NCBI GenBank assembly: GCA_963674755.2
Contig: CAXXVS010000001.1
Span: forward strand, 768,001-832,000
Direction: 5' to 3'
Source: Desulfobacterales bacterium
GTDB taxonomy: Bacteria > Desulfobacterota > Desulfobacteria > Desulfobacterales > UBA5852
Length of the DNA stretch: 64,000 nucleotides
The notes under the pieces were generated by a model. It saw only the letters and a program-made list of their open reading frames with translations. It did not search any database and was not told the DNA's origin. This document shows positions 58,963 through 64,000 of the stretch, piece after piece (the first letter of the stretch is position 1; each line of letters starts with the position of its first letter). The translations under genes were made by a program, and so were the position numbers.

Positions 58963-59304
58963 TTATTGCGCCTCCAAACCGACCGGTGGCTGCGGTGGCG
59001 TCGTGTCAGCCGGGGTATAGGCGACAGGGGCGCAGGGGGCGCTCTCACCAGCGGTATTGTAGGCCGAAACGCAGAAGTAATACTGGACATTTTCAGATAA
59101 CGGCAACGAATCGATGGAATATTGGGTAACATCCCCGACATTGACGGATTCAGATGGATTGGTCGCACTGGTGCCATAGTAAACATTGTATCCATCCACC
59201 GTTCCAGTGCTTGCATCCCAGACCAAGGTCGCCGCCGAGCCAACCGTAATTGTGGTAAAAACCGTGATCAACATCAAGATGATTATTTTGGTGTATATTT
59301 TCAT
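58963..59304 (-). CDS. Small secreted fibronectin type III domain protein (paralogue of 58122..58475)
   Basis: AGGAGG RBS; LVWDAS.GTVDGYNVYYG...VSAYNTAGESAPCAPV. Confidence 0.82.
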   Translation of the reverse strand: MKIYTKIIILMLITVFTTITVGSAATLVWDASTGTVDGYNVYYGTSATNPSESVNVGDVTQYSIDSLPLSENVQYYFCVSAYNTAGESAPCAPVAYTPADTTPPQPPVGLEAQ

Positions 59305-59360
59305 ACTATCCTCCTGCAATATTCGTAAGATTTTGTATCAGATTTCTAAATTGGCGAATC

Positions 59361-61802
59361 CTATTTCCACAGGAATACAGCCAGTGATTGCTCGCTGGTA
59401 TTTCCCGCGTCATCAATTGCCGTAACAGTGATGGTGTTCCACCAGCGGCTAAGTTCAATGCCGCTGGCTTCCCAGTTGTCGGTTCCAACACATGTACCGC
59501 TTTCTCCACGGCTGTTGCGCCATATTACTTTAGCAAGACCGACATCGTCAGAGGCATTGCCTCCGATTGTCACAGTAGCTGTCCTTGAGAAATAGGACTT
59601 TTTGGTTGTCGGTGACGTTATTTGCACTGTCGGCTTAGTCGTATCGGTTGCATTATAGATAACCGTTAGCACATCGGTTGATTTGTTGCCGGAACTGTCC
59701 ACAGCTGTCACGGTTATCGTGTTGGTACCCAATGCAAGATTGATGCCTGGAATTGACCAACTGAGGGTGCCGTTGGCGATCCCGCCAGCACCTGTCGAAC
59801 TGCTCCAGGTAACTTGCTTGAGGCTTTGGTCATCATCAGCGGTGCCAGACAAGCTGGCTTGGCTTGAGTTCGTTGTAAAGGTTCCGTTATCGGTAGGCGT
59901 GGTGATCGTGATAACGGGGGCCTGGGTGTCGGGTGCCGTAAAAGATACGGCAATAGTATCGGAGGCCTGATTGCCGCTGGCATCGACTGCTGTCACAGTG
60001 ATGATGTTTTGGCCTTCAGCCAGAGCGATGCCGTCGATGGACCAGTTGGTCGTGCCCGAAGCCGTTCCATTGCCACCGGTTGAGCAGGTCCAGGTGACCT
60101 GTTGTAGGCTATTGTTATCACTGGCTGTACCTGCCAGCGAGATCGTTGCCGTGTTCGTTGAGTGGGAATCCGCCGATACCGGTGACGTAATAGCCACTTC
60201 AGGGTTGGTGGTGTCAGGGGCCGTGTACGTTACGGTCAATGTGTCCGTGCCTTCATTGCCGGCGGCATCCACAGCCGTTACGGTGATCGTGTTGACGCCC
60301 TCCTGTAAAGCGATCGCATTTATTGCCCAATTTGTCGTACCGGTGGCGGTGCCGCTTTGACCGGCGGAACTTGCCCACCGAACTTCGGTGAGCCCGCTGT
60401 CATCCTGGGCCGATCCGGAAATGGCAAGGGTTGCCTTGTCGGTCGGGTAGCTGCCGCTAGTGGTCGGGCTGAGAATGGACACGATGGGCGCCGTTTCATC
60501 GGGAGAGGTGGCGGCGACCCCGAAGATATCGACTTCAGTAATGCTGTTCCAATCATTGTTAAGGTTGCCGTAGCCGACGATGCGAACGTAGCGACCAACT
60601 GCATTGGAGATTTGGTAGCTTTCCTGCTGCAGCGTTGTCCCACTGCTTTGCCCTTTGAAAACACTGCTCCATGAACTCGCATTGTTGGATACAAAGATTT
60701 CGAACTCAGAATTGACGTTTATTGTATCGGCCCAAGCGTAGGCGATCAGAATTTTAGAAAGGTCAAAGGAGGCCCCTAGATCATATTGAATCCACTGACC
60801 GTCACCATATGCAGACCATCTGGTCGACAGGTCATTGTCAATGGTATTCGCAGCGGTGTTGCCGTCGTCGCTGCTAGAGGTTACAGAGACCACGGGCAGA
60901 CCCTCGACAACCGCAAAATAGCTGATCGTAATGGCATCGGTAGCCTGATTACCGCTGGCATCGGTGGCTGTCACGGTGATCGTGTTGACGCCCTCCTGTA
61001 AAGCGATCGCATTTATTGTCCAATCTGTCGTACCGGTGGCGGTGCCGCTTTGACCGGTTGAGCAGGTCCAGGTGACCTGTTGTAGGCTATTGTTATCACT
61101 GGCTGTACCTGCCAGCGAGATCGTTGCCGTGTTCGTTGAGTGGGAATCCGCCGATACCGGTGACGTAATAGCCACTTCAGGGTTGGTGGTGTCAGGGGCC
61201 GTGTACGTTACGGTCAATGTGTCCGTGCCTTCATTGCCGGCGGCATCCACAGCCGTTACGGTGATGACATTTTGTCCTTCGGTAAGCTCGATGGCTCCCG
61301 TGGCCCAGGAGTCGGTTCCGGAGGCCGTGCCGCTGGCGCCGCTGGAACTCTGCCAGGTGATCTGCTGGAGATCGTGATCGTCAGTGGCCGAACCGGAAAG
61401 GGTCACCGCCGGATCTAAAGAGGTGTAGGTATCCGCCTCCACTGGTGATAAAATTGATACACTCGGGGCGATATTATCTAGGGTTGAAAACTGTTTGCTG
61501 ATCTCCGAGGAGAATCCGCTTTCGTTGCCTGCATTATCCAAAGCGGAAACAGCAAAATAGTAGGTTTCGCCTTCTACCAAGCCTTGGATTTCATATAGGT
61601 TGACGTTCCCAACAGGAATGGGCGGCCCATAGGATCGAGGTTGGGTGCCAAAGTATACATTATATCCCTGTAAATCGAGCTCGGTGTTCGGCTGCCAAGA
61701 CAAGCGAACCGTAGCGGCAGTAGAGATTTGCGGTATGAAAAGGATAAGTGCGGTTGGAAAAATGAGCAACCAGAGACTGATTTTACGTGTTATATCTTTC
61801 AT
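59361..61802 (-). CDS. Secreted FN3 + multiple Ig-like repeats + F5/8-type carbohydrate-binding domain protein
   Basis: Signal peptide, FN3, about six repeats of P.V.I.SP...G.A.DD...G.N.ITVTA.D..GN, and TIDNDLSTRWS..GRYVRI..SITEV. Confidence 0.85.
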   Translation of the reverse strand: MKDITRKISLWLLIFPTALILFIPQISTAATVRLSWQPNTELDLQGYNVYFGTQPRSYGPPIPVGNVNLYEIQGLVEGETYYFAVSALDNAGNESGFSSEISKQFSTLDNIAPSVSILSPVEADTYTSLDPAVTLSGSATDDHDLQQITWQSSSGASGTASGTDSWATGAIELTEGQNVITVTAVDAAGNEGTDTLTVTYTAPDTTNPEVAITSPVSADSHSTNTATISLAGTASDNNSLQQVTWTCSTGQSGTATGTTDWTINAIALQEGVNTITVTATDASGNQATDAITISYFAVVEGLPVVSVTSSSDDGNTAANTIDNDLSTRWSAYGDGQWIQYDLGASFDLSKILIAYAWADTINVNSEFEIFVSNNASSWSSVFKGQSSGTTLQQESYQISNAVGRYVRIVGYGNLNNDWNSITEVDIFGVAATSPDETAPIVSILSPTTSGSYPTDKATLAISGSAQDDSGLTEVRWASSAGQSGTATGTTNWAINAIALQEGVNTITVTAVDAAGNEGTDTLTVTYTAPDTTNPEVAITSPVSADSHSTNTATISLAGTASDNNSLQQVTWTCSTGGNGTASGTTNWSIDGIALAEGQNIITVTAVDASGNQASDTIAVSFTAPDTQAPVITITTPTDNGTFTTNSSQASLSGTADDDQSLKQVTWSSSTGAGGIANGTLSWSIPGINLALGTNTITVTAVDSSGNKSTDVLTVIYNATDTTKPTVQITSPTTKKSYFSRTATVTIGGNASDDVGLAKVIWRNSRGESGTCVGTDNWEASGIELSRWWNTITVTAIDDAGNTSEQSLAVFLWK

Positions 61803-61849
61803 TAAATACCTCTCACGGGAAAAAATTCTATTGTTGGGTGAGGGGTATC

Positions 61850-61866
61850 TGCAAATGTTGAGCCAG
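61850..61866 (-). promoter_or_regulatory. Sigma54 (-24/-12) promoter
   Basis: Minus strand CTGGCTCAACATTTGCA = TGGC-N7-TTGCA, 48 bp upstream of ATG 61802, with AT-rich DNA further upstream. Confidence 0.65.
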
Positions 61867-62261
61867 AAAGCAAAGAGAAGAATTTAAAAGAAATTGTTTG
61901 TTATCAAGGATAAATTTGTTTTTATCGGCAGCTTTTCGGAAGGACTTTAGATGAAAAAATAATTTTCATCTAAATAATTGAATATTATATTGAAATTAAT
62001 ATTACGATATTCATTTTCGGCTGAAACTCTGTGAAGAAAAATTAGCAAATAGAATCATGGCGCGAGAGAAAACGTCAGATAAATGTGCACAATAATTTAC
62101 AGGCTGGAAATAGAAAACGCCAAGCAAATGCTTGGCGTTCTGTACCGGATTTCGAAAATTTTTAAAGGGAGTTGAAGCGAAGATGTCTTTCTGTTTGCCC
62201 CTTTGTCAATGGGAATGAAAATTGTACCATTTTCGGGAAACGAAAAGTGTACCACTCCCGC

Positions 62262-63050
62262 TCAGTTAAGGGTTTCGGTTGCTGCAGCTGGTGAAGCCGG
62301 CGCGGTGTTAAATTCGTTCTTTGACAAAGTGTGCTTTCTGAGCCGGTAGCTATGGCCCTTGATGTTGACCACCCGACAGTGGTGCAGCAGCCGGTCGAGG
62401 ATCGCGGTGGCAATGACCTGATCGCCGAACAGCTCCTGCCAGTCCCCGAAGCTCTTGTTGGAGGTGATGATGGTGGAGCTTCGTTCGTAGCGGTAGCTGA
62501 TGAACTGGAAGAACAGGTAGGCTTCCTTGCTGTCGATGGGCAGATAGCCCACCTCATCGACCACCACCAGACTGGAGGTCAGATAGGCCTTGTGCCGGGA
62601 CTGGGACTGCTCCTTAAGTTTTCGCATCAGGGCGTCCATGGTCATGAAATAGACCTTGAAGCCGTGATGACAGGCCTTGGTGGCCAATGCGATCGCCAGA
62701 TGGGTTTTGCCCACCCCCGGAGGCCCCAGGAAGATCACGTTCTCGTGCTTGGGGATGAAGTCCAGATCGAAGAGCGCCATGACGTCTTTCTTATTGAGAT
62801 CCGGGTGGAACGAGAAGTCGTAGGCATCGATGGTTTTGGCCGCCGGAAGGCCCGCGGTCTTCATGGCGGTCTCCACCCGCCGCTTTTCCTTGGCGCCGAC
62901 TTCCTCCTCCAGCAGGTGATCCAGGAAAGCCATATATGAGCTCTTGTCGGTTTCGGCCTGCAAAAGGACAGTGTCGAGCACGGCGGCAGCCTGGGTGAGC
63001 TTTAGCCGCTGAAGATTGTCCCGAAGGCGGTCTGTAATCAGTTGATCCAT
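62262..63050 (-). CDS. istB: IS21 helper ATPase IstB
   Basis: GPPGVGKTHLA, VDEVGY, RYERSS.IITSN and AILDRLLHH..IKGHSYR motifs. Confidence 0.96.
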   Translation of the reverse strand: MDQLITDRLRDNLQRLKLTQAAAVLDTVLLQAETDKSSYMAFLDHLLEEEVGAKEKRRVETAMKTAGLPAAKTIDAYDFSFHPDLNKKDVMALFDLDFIPKHENVIFLGPPGVGKTHLAIALATKACHHGFKVYFMTMDALMRKLKEQSQSRHKAYLTSSLVVVDEVGYLPIDSKEAYLFFQFISYRYERSSTIITSNKSFGDWQELFGDQVIATAILDRLLHHCRVVNIKGHSYRLRKHTLSKNEFNTAPASPAAATETLN

Positions 63051-64000
63051 ACCCCACCTCCTTTCTGGGCCGCCTGTTCGTAGACGGACAGCGGCCTGTA
63101 GAGCACTTGGGGAAACAGGCTGCCGTTGACCAGACCCCGCGTGGCCTTGCCCTTGCGGCGGCCGTAGGGTGGTGTCTTCGGCGGCTGTTCGCGGCGCAGC
63201 TTGAGGATCTCCTCGATGATGGCCGGATCGGTGATCATCCGCCCCTTCTCCGGACTCTCGGCATGGGTGATCAGCAGCCGGTCATCGTCGTAAATGCGGA
63301 TGACGCCGTCCTTGATCCTCAGCAGCACTTTTTTGCCGACGGCCTCCGGCGGCACCTGGTAACGGCTGGCGTTGTAGGAGATCAGACAGTCTTTGTAGAC
63401 CTTCCGGTAGACCTTGATGGCGGTGTCGTAGTCTCTGGGCACCGGGCCGAGACTGCGGACTTCCTGCTGCCAGCGCAAGTCAACGAGCTGGCGGTGGGTA
63501 CGGTGCTGGCGCCGGTTGGCGGTCTCCGACAGCCAGTGGAGCAGATCCGCATTGGCCTTCTCCAAACTCTCGAACGCATAGCCCCGCCAGAAGGCCTCCC
63601 GAATGTAATCGATGGGGCGTTCCACCTTGCCTTTGGTCCAGGGGCTATAGGGGGCGCACAGCACCGGCTTGAAGCCGCAGTGGTCAGCGAAATCGGTGAA
63701 CTCGACATTGATCCGCGTTCGCCCATCACGGCGGCCGGCGAACACATGGCGCATGTTGTCATAGAGCAGTTCGAAAGGCACGCCCCCGAGATACTTGAAG
63801 GCCCTCAGGTGGGCGTCCATAAACGCCGCCAGAGTGCAGCGGGTGACGAACTCGGCGTACATGGCCCGGGAAAATCCGAGAACGAGAAGGAACAGATACA
63901 CGGTGATGTCGGCGACACCGGCAGCGGCGATCTTAAAGTCGGCCCAGTCCATCTGGCCTTGCAGGCCAGGAACCGTCTCGAATCGCAGGAAGGCTTGACG
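63038..64000 (-). CDS. istA: IS21 transposase IstA (5' part outside the window)
   Basis: RFETVPGLQGQMDW, LYDNM and TKGKVER (DDE) motifs. Confidence 0.95.
   Translation of the reverse strand, partial: RQAFLRFETVPGLQGQMDWADFKIAAAGVADITVYLFLLVLGFSRAMYAEFVTRCTLAAFMDAHLRAFKYLGGVPFELLYDNMRHVFAGRRDGRTRINVEFTDFADHCGFKPVLCAPYSPWTKGKVERPIDYIREAFWRGYAFESLEKANADLLHWLSETANRRQHRTHRQLVDLRWQQEVRSLGPVPRDYDTAIKVYRKVYKDCLISYNASRYQVPPEAVGKKVLLRIKDGVIRIYDDDRLLITHAESPEKGRMITDPAIIEEILKLRREQPPKTPPYGRRKGKATRGLVNGSLFPQVLYRPLSVYEQAAQKGGGVWIN

Larger units (their letters stand above)
62204..64000 (-). mobile_element. IS21-family insertion sequence (runs off the window end)
   Basis: Terminal TGTCAATGGG.. with repeated GAAAA(T/G)TGTACCA sub-terminal motifs (62204-62253), followed by istB and istA. 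Confidence 0.93.

Overview
GC-rich window that looks like an anaerobic Desulfobacterota-type bacterium (inferred from gene content only). From left to right: the end of a pterin/glycosyltransferase cluster and an arylsulfatase; a selenium-utilisation cluster (yedE, sirA/tusA, DUF3343, YjeF-like kinase, UGA-containing selD, yedF) that encloses a double-cubane reductase and its ATP-dependent activase; and a DUF3842-cooT unit. The main finding is a minus-strand operon with a non-canonical UCA-anticodon tRNA carrying cysteine identity (U73, A1:U72, 8-bp acceptor stem, 4-bp bulged T-stem), a diverged SelB and a diverged CysRS. This is a selC*-selB*-cysS*-type system predicted to insert Cys at Sec UGA codons. 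I recall such systems as rare but already described; this copy is odd in that its CysRS seems to keep the anticodon-binding domain. Further right are a divergent C-P lyase (phn) locus with two phnM genes and fatty-acyl-CoA genes. From about 44.7 to 58.9 kb almost every intergenic gap is filled with modular 7-9-mer inverted repeat arrays, and a GxxExxY nuclease-like gene is bracketed by the same repeats. The window ends with rml genes, sigma54-driven FN3/Ig-like secreted proteins and an IS21 element. All product calls come from motif recognition; no database search was run.
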